A DNA stretch of 25,435 nt. Source: a virus. Taxonomy: Duplodnaviria > Caudoviricetes. Of this stretch, positions 7,598 through 15,024 are shown piece after piece. The notes under the pieces were generated by a model. That model was not told the origin of the DNA. It searched no databases and saw nothing but the letters and a program-made list of their open reading frames with translations. Positions within the stretch are counted from its first letter, which is position 1. Each line of letters begins with the position of its first letter. The position numbers were made by a program, and so were the translations under genes. The DNA lies in the IMG/VR virus record IMGVR_UViG_3300020043_002809, positions 1 through 25,435 of that record; one strand, 5' to 3'.

Positions 7598-7739
7598 AGT
7601 CAGGTGGCGGAATGGTAGACGCTAACCCACAAGTGTAGATATGTACTTTGTTAGTTTGATGTAATAACCTTCAGTTCCCGATTATGGTTTTCATTCAAGT
7701 AATAATCATATCATACAGGTTCGAATCCTGTCCTGACTA
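7598..7739 (+). ncRNA. tRNA-like RNA (Leu-type D arm, canonical T arm) with a 92-nt non-canonical central region
   Basis: Acceptor AGTCAGG/CCTGACT, 7 of 7 paired; TG then GCGGAATGGTAGACGC D arm; ACAGG-TTCGAAT-CCTGT T arm; discriminator A; no encoded CCA; no canonical anticodon arm. Confidence 0.85.
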
Positions 7740-7748
7740 CAAAACATT

Positions 7749-8099
7749 ATGGAAGAAAAATCAATTATTACCCGTACAAAATTACCCCAAGGGTGGCGTT
7801 GGTGCGTTTGGAAAAACGGAATCCGACGCGGCTGCTATGATAGTAAACCACTAGCCGAGGCATACGCTCGCGAGCTTGACGATACGCGGCTAAATACCCC
7901 CATGATGGACCTTTACGAATTTGCACGCGAGCAATTGGGCGAACTGCACCCAGTTACGGCATTAGCGCTAGAGGCTATTGTGGAGGAATACGAACACTTC
8001 CTAACTATGTACGAATACGGACGCGACGAAAATGATTATTTCCTAGACGGCGAAACCTGTTATCAAAAATTATATAATGCAAACAAATTACCTATCTAA
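7749..8099 (+). CDS. Hypothetical protein
   Basis: 116-aa ORF with an A-rich initiation region; first CDS of the rightward operon. Confidence 0.65.
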   Translation: MEEKSIITRTKLPQGWRWCVWKNGIRRGCYDSKPLAEAYARELDDTRLNTPMMDLYEFAREQLGELHPVTALALEAIVEEYEHFLTMYEYGRDENDYFLDGETCYQKLYNANKLPI

Positions 8100-8829
8100 A
8101 TCGCGGCTTGACCTTATCCACCGCAGCCCTTATTTGTATTGGTGGAAATATTTAAGCGGTGAATATATAGAACCCGAACCAACGCCAGCACTTGTGTTTG
8201 GTAAAGCATTTCACTGCCGCGCATTGGAGCCGAGCGAATGGGGTAAGCGTTACACAATAGCGCCTATGATTGACCGCAGAACTAAGGAGGGCAAGGAACG
8301 CTGGCAGGAATTTATTGAAGCTACCCAAGGCAAGGAAATAATAACACGCGATCAGGATGCACAAATTGAAGGTATGCACCGCAGCTTGATGCGCCATCCT
8401 ATGGCCAACCACTTACTAACTTGCGCAGGCGAAGCTGAGCATCAATTAGATTGGGAAATAGACGGCCAACCTTACCGCGGCGTGTTGGATAAACTAACGG
8501 ATTCGGGGTTTATCGTTGATATAAAAACAACAGACGACGCAAGCCCCAACGGATTCGCATACAGCGTTCGGAAATATCGTTACCATGTGCAGGCCGCAAT
8601 GTATTTAGACGGCGTTACTGCCAGCGGTACGAAGCCCGAAGCGTTTATATTAATCGCGATTGAGAAAGCGCCGCCGTATCTATGCGCCGTGTATTATTTA
8701 ACTGATTCCGATATTGAGGCAGGCCGCGAAGCTTATAAACAAGACGTTGAAACATACCGCCGCTGCATGTCGCTGAACGATTGGCCGCAATATGGCACCG
8801 AAGTAATGGCATTAAATTTAAAATTATGA
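8077..8829 (+). CDS. RecE/exonuclease VIII-like PD-(D/E)XK exonuclease (DUF3799-like)
   Basis: LSKSRLD, FGKAFHC..LEP, GVLDKL...IVDIKTT, YRYHVQAAMY, EKAPPY. Confidence 0.88.
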   Translation: MQTNYLSKSRLDLIHRSPYLYWWKYLSGEYIEPEPTPALVFGKAFHCRALEPSEWGKRYTIAPMIDRRTKEGKERWQEFIEATQGKEIITRDQDAQIEGMHRSLMRHPMANHLLTCAGEAEHQLDWEIDGQPYRGVLDKLTDSGFIVDIKTTDDASPNGFAYSVRKYRYHVQAAMYLDGVTASGTKPEAFILIAIEKAPPYLCAVYYLTDSDIEAGREAYKQDVETYRRCMSLNDWPQYGTEVMALNLKL

Positions 8830-9008
8830 CACCAAAAGAAAAGGCCGAAGAATTAATATCAGTCAAATATAAAATTGACAATGGTTATACAGAATTTACT
8901 TTAAGCAGTTACGATAAAAATTCTAAACTTGGGCATTGGCAAATTGATAGGATAATAAACTATTTAAAAGAATTAAAGAAAAAAACGCCTCTTGAAAATA
9001 AATTTTAA
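8826..9008 (+). CDS. 60-aa AT-rich hypothetical protein (MTPKEKAEEL...)
   Basis: ATG 8826 overlaps the exonuclease stop (ATGA). Confidence 0.65.
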   Translation: MTPKEKAEELISVKYKIDNGYTEFTLSSYDKNSKLGHWQIDRIINYLKELKKKTPLENKF

Positions 9009-9012
9009 CATT

Positions 9013-9591
9013 ATGACAACCGAAATAACAACCACAGAAACCGCTGAAACTTTCAGCCTACAATCATTTGAACACGCGCAACGCGTTGCCAAAGCCCTCA
9101 GTAGCTCCACCATGATTCCCAAGGACTACCAAAACAACATCCCCAACACGCTCGTAGCGTTGGAAATGGCGCACAGAATCGGTGCTAGTCCGCTGATGGT
9201 TATGCAGAACTTACACATAATTCACGGCAGGCCGTCATGGAGTAGCTCGTTTATTATTGCAGCTCTAAACAGCTCGGGAAGATTCACAGCGTTAAAATTC
9301 AAAGCAACTGCCACCACCTGCCAAGCGTATGCAACCGAGCGCAGCACTGGCGAACTATTGGAAGGTCCTATGATAACGATTGAAATGGCCACGGCCGAGG
9401 GATGGACAACCAAACAAGGCAGCAAGTGGAAAACTATGCCGCAGCTTATGCTCATGTATCGCGCTGCTGCTTTCTTTGGCAGGTTGTACGCGCCTGAGAT
9501 TATGATGGGTATGCACGCCGTCGAAGAGATCAGCGACGTAAACGAAGCACCGGAAGCCGTTGCAAAATTAAATCAAATCGCTGCTAAGTAG
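9013..9591 (+). CDS. RecT/Redbeta-like single-strand annealing protein
   Basis: MVMQNLHIIHGRPSW...KWKTMPQLMLMYRAAAFFGRLYAPEIMMGMHAVEE; adjacent to the exonuclease. Confidence 0.8.
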   Translation: MTTEITTTETAETFSLQSFEHAQRVAKALSSSTMIPKDYQNNIPNTLVALEMAHRIGASPLMVMQNLHIIHGRPSWSSSFIIAALNSSGRFTALKFKATATTCQAYATERSTGELLEGPMITIEMATAEGWTTKQGSKWKTMPQLMLMYRAAAFFGRLYAPEIMMGMHAVEEISDVNEAPEAVAKLNQIAAK

Positions 9592-10161
9592 TAGCGTATA
9601 AGTGAAGCGGTCGCCGTAAATTGTGGCCGCTTTTTCTATTATTTCCATAAACTCCTCGAAATCCTGCGCCATTTTAAACACCTGACATCCTTCGCTCCAG
9701 TTCTCCACGTAGGTGCTGTTCTTGCCTGCTTTATGAATATTAACGCCAGCGTTCCAAACTTCCTGTTCCTGCACCAAATCAAACTCCATATCCCTATCGC
9801 CGTCGCGGTAACCACGCAGCGCGCCGCATTGCCTTAGCGCTTTATATTTACCTTGATGCAATCCGATTTGATGCGATCCTCGATACTGCCCTTCCTTTAA
9901 AATAAAAACGCCGCCTTTGGCCTTGCCTTCAAGCATTCCCTTTTTCCCCGGCTCGGTGGTAGCCGAAAATATTTGATAGCACCATTTACCCTGCTCCTTC
10001 CAGCTTATAGTTATCCAGTCGTCAAATAAGTTGGTTACCTTGCTACCAGTGGAGCTGTTGCGTATGCCTACAATATTCACGTTGTAGTCGCCTGATTCAA
10101 ACCACTTATAACCCAAGCGTTTAACGGCTGCCTCTACCTCACTTCGACGCGGTGTCCTCAT
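9568..10161 (-). CDS. Probable endolysin with a YkuD/L,D-transpeptidase-like Cys/His motif
   Basis: GVNIHKAG...NWSEGCQV; last gene of the late operon, after holin-like genes. Start reassigned to ATG 10161. Confidence 0.65.
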   Translation of the reverse strand: MRTPRRSEVEAAVKRLGYKWFESGDYNVNIVGIRNSSTGSKVTNLFDDWITISWKEQGKWCYQIFSATTEPGKKGMLEGKAKGGVFILKEGQYRGSHQIGLHQGKYKALRQCGALRGYRDGDRDMEFDLVQEQEVWNAGVNIHKAGKNSTYVENWSEGCQVFKMAQDFEEFMEIIEKAATIYGDRFTYTLLLSSDLI

Positions 10162-10360
10162 GGAAGAAGTTAGTAAGAAATTTACCAATTACCCCTGTCA
10201 CTTGTATAGCAATTGCAAGCGTAGGGTGTTGAATATTTAACGCAGCAAGCGTGGTTGAGGCTAACAGCAACCCATCGCCTATTTTACGCCATTTAGCAGG
10301 CGTAGGCTTGGCGTATCCCTTAACGCTTGCCTTGGCCTTGGTATGGTTTGTTTGATTCAT
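10139..10360 (-). CDS. Holin-like small membrane protein
   Basis: Basic N-terminus and two short hydrophobic segments; adjacent to the lysin. Confidence 0.55.
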   Translation of the reverse strand: MNQTNHTKAKASVKGYAKPTPAKWRKIGDGLLLASTTLAALNIQHPTLAIAIQVTGVIGKFLTNFFHEDTASK

Positions 10361-10448
10361 GTTTGTTGCGGTGTTTTTTATGACGTCCTAATTTTTTGCG
10401 CGGCTTAGCCCTAAATGTAGTCGCTACAGATTTATTTGCCTTTGCCAT
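10320..10448 (-). CDS. 42-aa highly basic peptide absent from the ORF track
   Basis: MAKANKSVATTFRAKPRKKLGRHKKHRNKHESNKPYQGQGKR; bridges the two holin-like genes. Confidence 0.6.
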   Translation of the reverse strand: MAKANKSVATTFRAKPRKKLGRHKKHRNKHESNKPYQGQGKR

Positions 10449-10626
10449 CGATTTGACGAATTTTTCGGATGTAGTAAATTATCGCAAACATTCCCGATAC
10501 TATGCCGACAATTGCAAGTACAAAGGCTGCAACTGGCTGCCAAGTTTGGGAAAAATGTATTATCGTAGCACTTCCACTTATTCCTGTGGCAATGGCTGCG
10601 GTGGTGTCGTTATCTAAGTGTTTCAT
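10432..10626 (-). CDS. Holin-like membrane protein
   Basis: Strong TM segment VAAFVLAIVGIVSGMFAIIYYI with a basic C-terminal tail. Confidence 0.6.
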   Translation of the reverse strand: MKHLDNDTTAAIATGISGSATIIHFSQTWQPVAAFVLAIVGIVSGMFAIIYYIRKIRQIDGKGK

Positions 10627-10900
10627 TACAATGTTGGCTTAATGGGTTAAAATCGCAAAATCTTTGTGTATATAATTCCTCGCACCCTGCAAAGGTGTGA
10701 ATGCCAATTGGCTCGGGGAATACTTCGTAAATGCTAAACTCATCGGGGATTGCATCAAACCACATAATGTCAAATGCATACAATGTGTTTATCTGTCCAA
10801 GTTCAACAACTGCACAATTCACATAAGCATCATCAATATAGATAATGGGTTTTAATTCTTCCCATTTTTTTATACTCATTTCGTATTTAGCAAATATCAT
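10610..10900 (-). CDS. Hypothetical protein following the fibre gene
   Basis: 96-aa acidic ORF in the late operon. Confidence 0.6.
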   Translation of the reverse strand: MIFAKYEMSIKKWEELKPIIYIDDAYVNCAVVELGQINTLYAFDIMWFDAIPDEFSIYEVFPEPIGIHTFAGCEELYTQRFCDFNPLSQHCNETLR

Positions 10901-10904
10901 AATT

Positions 10905-12248
10905 TTATGTGGTTAAGGTTTGACATTCAGCATCACTTAATGGGGTAGGATAGAGTGCCATTTGTTGGATGAATCTTGGTATTCCTGATGCGTTACCATT
11001 CAAAAACTCCATCAATGTAGTTGTGAATGCAGTTGCGTTTACTTGCTTTGTTCCATTAACAAAAACATCTGCACTTGTTCCGTTCCACTTGATAGCAATT
11101 TTTACGGTGTCGGTCAATGTTGTATACAATGTTGTTGCAGTTCCGCTAATAATTTTCTGAACTACTTGTCTACCAGTTCCAGTATTTAAAATCATCAATC
11201 CATTTGAAATCGTTGTGCTTGAATCACCAATATTCATGCCTTGGGAAGATGAATCACGTACATACGCAATATTATTCCTAAACTCCACAAACCAAGTACC
11301 CCCACTTGCTGAAATCAAACCATTGGTGTATATGTTATTGCAAATATATGAATCGGCAAGGCGTGTGGCTGATGCGGTGGTTGTTTGAATGTAGGTTGTT
11401 GCGTATGCACCCGCTTCAACTTGTCCGCCCCATAAATACAAATTTTCCGAACCCGTGGTAGTCCAAGATTCAGCATAACCCGCAGAAGCAGAAGATACCA
11501 ACGCCCAACGGAATGTTGAACCCGAACTTGCGGTAAATGTCATTATGCATCTATACCAACCATTGCCCACATTTTGAATGGAAGATGTTGCCAATGATCC
11601 AAGTGTCCCGACAACCCCGCTATCCAAATTAAAATTGGCAAATGCTTGTGATGATACACCCGAAAAGATTTGTAAAAAGTTGTTAGTACCTTTTTTAGCG
11701 TAGATACTCGCAGTTACTGTGGTTGCGGTGTGTGAACCATTCTGCACTTGATGTTGCCCAGTTGATGCAGTTGCTGTTAATGTGTCCGCAGTTGTATTTC
11801 CATCGGGGGCAACAATACTATTTGCAGTTGCAGTTACATTAGTTTTAACAAAATTTGCATTGGTTAAATCCTCACTTGGAAATAACAAATTTGTCCTTTG
11901 TGGCTCTAACAACAACGCAGGGCAACTTCCGTACATATAGGATAGACGTGGAACATTTGCTGCAACGCTTCCAATATTGCCATTGCTCTGCGTTCTATTG
12001 GCAACACTATTCCTTGACCAAGTTAAATCCCCATTACCATTGGCGGGTAATTCAGCATAGGCAACACCTGCTTTAAATCCGCTTGGGATAATAAGCAGCG
12101 ATGCAGATTGTAATAATGATGATGCAGCCGCTACGCATTCCAACGACTCAATAGTTCCACCATCGGCAATAACCCGTGATGAATAACCGTTTTGAAATTG
12201 CCCATATCTTTGGCGATTTAAACCTACGCCAACGCCTATTAGTGGCAT
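10905..12248 (-). CDS. Fibre/spike protein with carbohydrate-binding jelly-roll-like domains
   Basis: T/S/G/N-rich; LLLEPQRTNLL, VGNGWYRC, WGGQVEAGAYATTYI; LamG-like C-terminal LYPTPLSDAE. Confidence 0.7.
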   Translation of the reverse strand: MPLIGVGVGLNRQRYGQFQNGYSSRVIADGGTIESLECVAAASSLLQSASLLIIPSGFKAGVAYAELPANGNGDLTWSRNSVANRTQSNGNIGSVAANVPRLSYMYGSCPALLLEPQRTNLLFPSEDLTNANFVKTNVTATANSIVAPDGNTTADTLTATASTGQHQVQNGSHTATTVTASIYAKKGTNNFLQIFSGVSSQAFANFNLDSGVVGTLGSLATSSIQNVGNGWYRCIMTFTASSGSTFRWALVSSASAGYAESWTTTGSENLYLWGGQVEAGAYATTYIQTTTASATRLADSYICNNIYTNGLISASGGTWFVEFRNNIAYVRDSSSQGMNIGDSSTTISNGLMILNTGTGRQVVQKIISGTATTLYTTLTDTVKIAIKWNGTSADVFVNGTKQVNATAFTTTLMEFLNGNASGIPRFIQQMALYPTPLSDAECQTLTT

Positions 12249-12249
12249 A

Positions 12250-12531
12250 TTAATAAGCTATTACAGATCCTGAAGATATTACAAATCCGGTAATTTCAAA
12301 CCCCTTACCTGCTGGTAAAAATGTACCTGCTTTTACTGTTATTCCAGAAAGGCCGCGCGCAGTTAATACGTTAGTGCCACTTGCTTCGTTATTCCCTTTT
12401 ACAGTAAAAGAAGTAAAAACGCAGTCAACATGTACAACTAATGAATCGTATGTAACATTGGTTACGGTTTCTGCGCCGTGATATTTAAAACCTTGACCGC
12501 CAACGGCGATATCTGCACTAGGATTGCTCAT
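12250..12531 (-). CDS. Small beta-rich virion protein (possible spike base or decoration protein)
   Basis: 93 aa from MSNPSAD; beta-strand pattern ending SGSVIAY; precedes the fibre gene. Confidence 0.55.
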   Translation of the reverse strand: MSNPSADIAVGGQGFKYHGAETVTNVTYDSLVVHVDCVFTSFTVKGNNEASGTNVLTARGLSGITVKAGTFLPAGKGFEITGFVISSGSVIAY

Positions 12532-12536
12532 AATTT

Positions 12537-12574
12537 CAAATATAATATAAATAAAAAATACATAAGTTAACAAC
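12537..12574 (-). promoter_or_regulatory. Late-type promoter: GTTGTTAAC-N21-TATATTTG-AAATT-ATG
   Basis: -7 box at 12544-12537; upstream 9-mer shared with the portal promoter at identical spacing. Confidence 0.55.
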
Positions 12575-15024
12575 TATACCTTGCCAACTATAAACCATTT
12601 GCTTCCGTCGCTCATAACTGTTTTGCTCTCGTACTTACTGCTAATCGTAGTGGTGGCGCTGTCGTTTATTAGGAACGTTCCGGCGTCAATAGTTACTGTA
12701 TGGTTGCTGTTTGTTTTGATGAATATGTATTTTTTACCGCGTGACTGATCAGCGTCGGGAAGTTCAACCGTTATATTTCCGTCCACGCTATTGCATACTA
12801 TAAGCTCATAGCCATTTGTAAGCGTATGCGTCCCCACTGTATAGCTAATAGGCGCGCCATGTTCCTGCAGATACCATTCTACCGCCTCGGTGCTGTCGTC
12901 ATATCTTAGTTGCGTTTCCCAAATAATATTTTGCGTTGGCTGTGACGTTGGTGCGCCTTCGGCCTCGTTTACTAAGTATTCCAAAAACGTTGCAGGCTGG
13001 TGACTGATTGCAGATTGATAGTTGTTAACCTGCGTTTCGATTAAGTTCACACGATCGCGCAAAATATCGCCCTGCTCGTTACTGATTCTCAAGCCCTCGC
13101 CTGTCGTTGTGGTGTTAGTATATATTGGAGCTATCCCCAACCATTCGCCCTCCCACGTGTCAAACCTTGGGTTAAACGATACGCCGTTTAAAACCCAAAC
13201 ATAGTTATCAAAATACAAGGATTTCATTAGATGGTAGCTACCTGAATCTATCCAGGTACCTCGAACCACTGGCATAAAATCCGCATACAACGACGACAAT
13301 CCAACGCCTAGCATTTTAGTTGGCGTGCCTTTAGTTATGCTATCCCAACCCCCATAAAATTCGTCCGCAATTACCCACTTAGTCCCGTCGTTCGCCCATA
13401 TATTACCTATCCCGTACCTATTACCGCTATAGTAATATTTCGGATTCAATTGCACCTGCGTGCTGTTTACTGAGTTGCTTGCGTTGGGTGTAAAATCCTC
13501 GGAAATATCCCAAACAAAATCAGGATTTTGGTAGTCGCTAGTTTCGGCAAAAGCAACCTGTATACTTCCCCAATAACTAACGTTAAATGTCGCAGGCGTA
13601 CTCCAAGTGCTAGATTGTTTAGCAGGTCGCAAAACCTTAGGTAAATTATTTTGATATAATAAGCTTATAATTGTTTGAACACTATCAATTCTTACCTTTA
13701 ATATATTGTAATTAGCAGGTGGTGTGGTGCATTGTATTTCAAATTTATACGTTACCCAACTGCCCTGCATTTGTGTCATTCGTACTTTTTCAACTCCATT
13801 CGGTACGCTTGTCGCAGTTATCCAATATCCATCTGCGTCTAATATTTTAATCCCTCCTAAACCATCCTCAAGCCAAATCTTTAATTTATATTCATAATCT
13901 ACGCGCGCGTCATTCTGCACCGCTGGAAAGTTCGATTTAACAACTACCTTGATTTTCAAGGGTGCCGCGTCGGGCGTGCTGCCTGTGGGAATTTCTGTAA
14001 ACTCTGCCTCTAGTGCTGACGTGCTTTTGTTTGGCCGTGTCCGAAATACTGTTGCGGCGTTTATGCGTTCCGTGTCAATGGTCAACAACTTAACAGCAGG
14101 CTGGTAGTACAATGACGGCTTAGCAGACCATTGCGGCCGCGCTGGTAGCGTTCCAAGTTGCTGCCTATGCGTAAGCGTTCCGGTGCCTTGGTAATTAGCT
14201 GTGTAATTATAGCGGCGATACGGAAGCGTTACATCCTTATAGCTCGAAGCATCATAAAACCAATATCCACCCTCCGCGTGTATAAATCTACAGCCAAAAA
14301 TTTGCATCACCTGCTCCAGCGCTTGCTTACAGGTAACCATATTTAAATCGTAATACCAGTTTGCCGCTAGGTCGATAGCCTTCACGTCTTGAAATGGATC
14401 GTAATCCTCAAGGAAGGTATTAATATTTAAGCGCAACATATCGAAGCCCTTACGCGTGGCGTCGGCTGAATACATGCTCATCGCATCGAATAAGTAATAA
14501 TCTGTTTTACCTAAGTACGGCCAATAGTCCTGCAGGTCTAATTCATGCAGGCAATTTCTAACTAATACGTTTACCTGAATATAGTCCGACGTAAACCAGC
14601 TGTTTTTCACGTTGTAACCGTCTAACAATTCCAACCCGTCTACGGCTGTTAGTTTTATTATCGGCTTGCTGTCCAACGATTCACGCAAGCGCGTCATTTG
14701 GTCGGCAATAATACGGCCTACAAAAAACAAATCACTACCACGCCATACTACCATAGTCCAGTAGGTTTCCGCCTCCGTCTGCAACGCAAGGAAATCCGAT
14801 AGTACCGTACTATTTGGCATAACAAATTCAGCGGTTATACGGCTAGCCAATACTTGAGAATCCCACCACTTATTGCCCTCTCCGTCGCGCTCTAAGCTGA
14901 ACCCATCAGTCGCTAGTTTTAGCTCAGTCCCTGCCGTTGTGCTGCCCGTTGGTGCGTCGTGTATCTCAACCTTATAGGTTATATCGTTTATGCTTTTAAA
15001 GCTTCCGTAGTATTTGCGTGCCAT
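12574..15024 (-). CDS. Large tail tip/baseplate protein
   Basis: 816 aa directly after the tape measure gene; hub-like N-terminus (LTAVDGL..L), short coiled coil, beta-rich C-terminus ending SDGSKWFIV. Confidence 0.7.
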   Translation of the reverse strand: MARKYYGSFKSINDITYKVEIHDAPTGSTTAGTELKLATDGFSLERDGEGNKWWDSQVLASRITAEFVMPNSTVLSDFLALQTEAETYWTMVVWRGSDLFFVGRIIADQMTRLRESLDSKPIIKLTAVDGLELLDGYNVKNSWFTSDYIQVNVLVRNCLHELDLQDYWPYLGKTDYYLFDAMSMYSADATRKGFDMLRLNINTFLEDYDPFQDVKAIDLAANWYYDLNMVTCKQALEQVMQIFGCRFIHAEGGYWFYDASSYKDVTLPYRRYNYTANYQGTGTLTHRQQLGTLPARPQWSAKPSLYYQPAVKLLTIDTERINAATVFRTRPNKSTSALEAEFTEIPTGSTPDAAPLKIKVVVKSNFPAVQNDARVDYEYKLKIWLEDGLGGIKILDADGYWITATSVPNGVEKVRMTQMQGSWVTYKFEIQCTTPPANYNILKVRIDSVQTIISLLYQNNLPKVLRPAKQSSTWSTPATFNVSYWGSIQVAFAETSDYQNPDFVWDISEDFTPNASNSVNSTQVQLNPKYYYSGNRYGIGNIWANDGTKWVIADEFYGGWDSITKGTPTKMLGVGLSSLYADFMPVVRGTWIDSGSYHLMKSLYFDNYVWVLNGVSFNPRFDTWEGEWLGIAPIYTNTTTTGEGLRISNEQGDILRDRVNLIETQVNNYQSAISHQPATFLEYLVNEAEGAPTSQPTQNIIWETQLRYDDSTEAVEWYLQEHGAPISYTVGTHTLTNGYELIVCNSVDGNITVELPDADQSRGKKYIFIKTNSNHTVTIDAGTFLINDSATTTISSKYESKTVMSDGSKWFIVGKV

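Noticed and set aside
7632-7638. Possible pairing of tRNA-like AGUGUAG with leader loop UUGCACU (3008-3002)
   Set aside because: Only 7 bp with two G-U pairs, and the segment is predicted to be in a stem; expected by chance.
7598-7739. Canonical tRNA-Leu, intron-containing tRNA, tmRNA or attP
   Set aside because: There is no canonical anticodon arm, and 92 nt is too short for a self-splicing intron. It lacks G3-U70 and is far shorter than tmRNA. Both halves are present and there is no integrase. The internal mini-ORF MYFVSLM (7641-7664) has no support.
10905-15024. Diversity-generating retroelement or invertible tail-fibre system
   Set aside because: No reverse transcriptase or invertase gene, and I saw no template/variable repeat pair.
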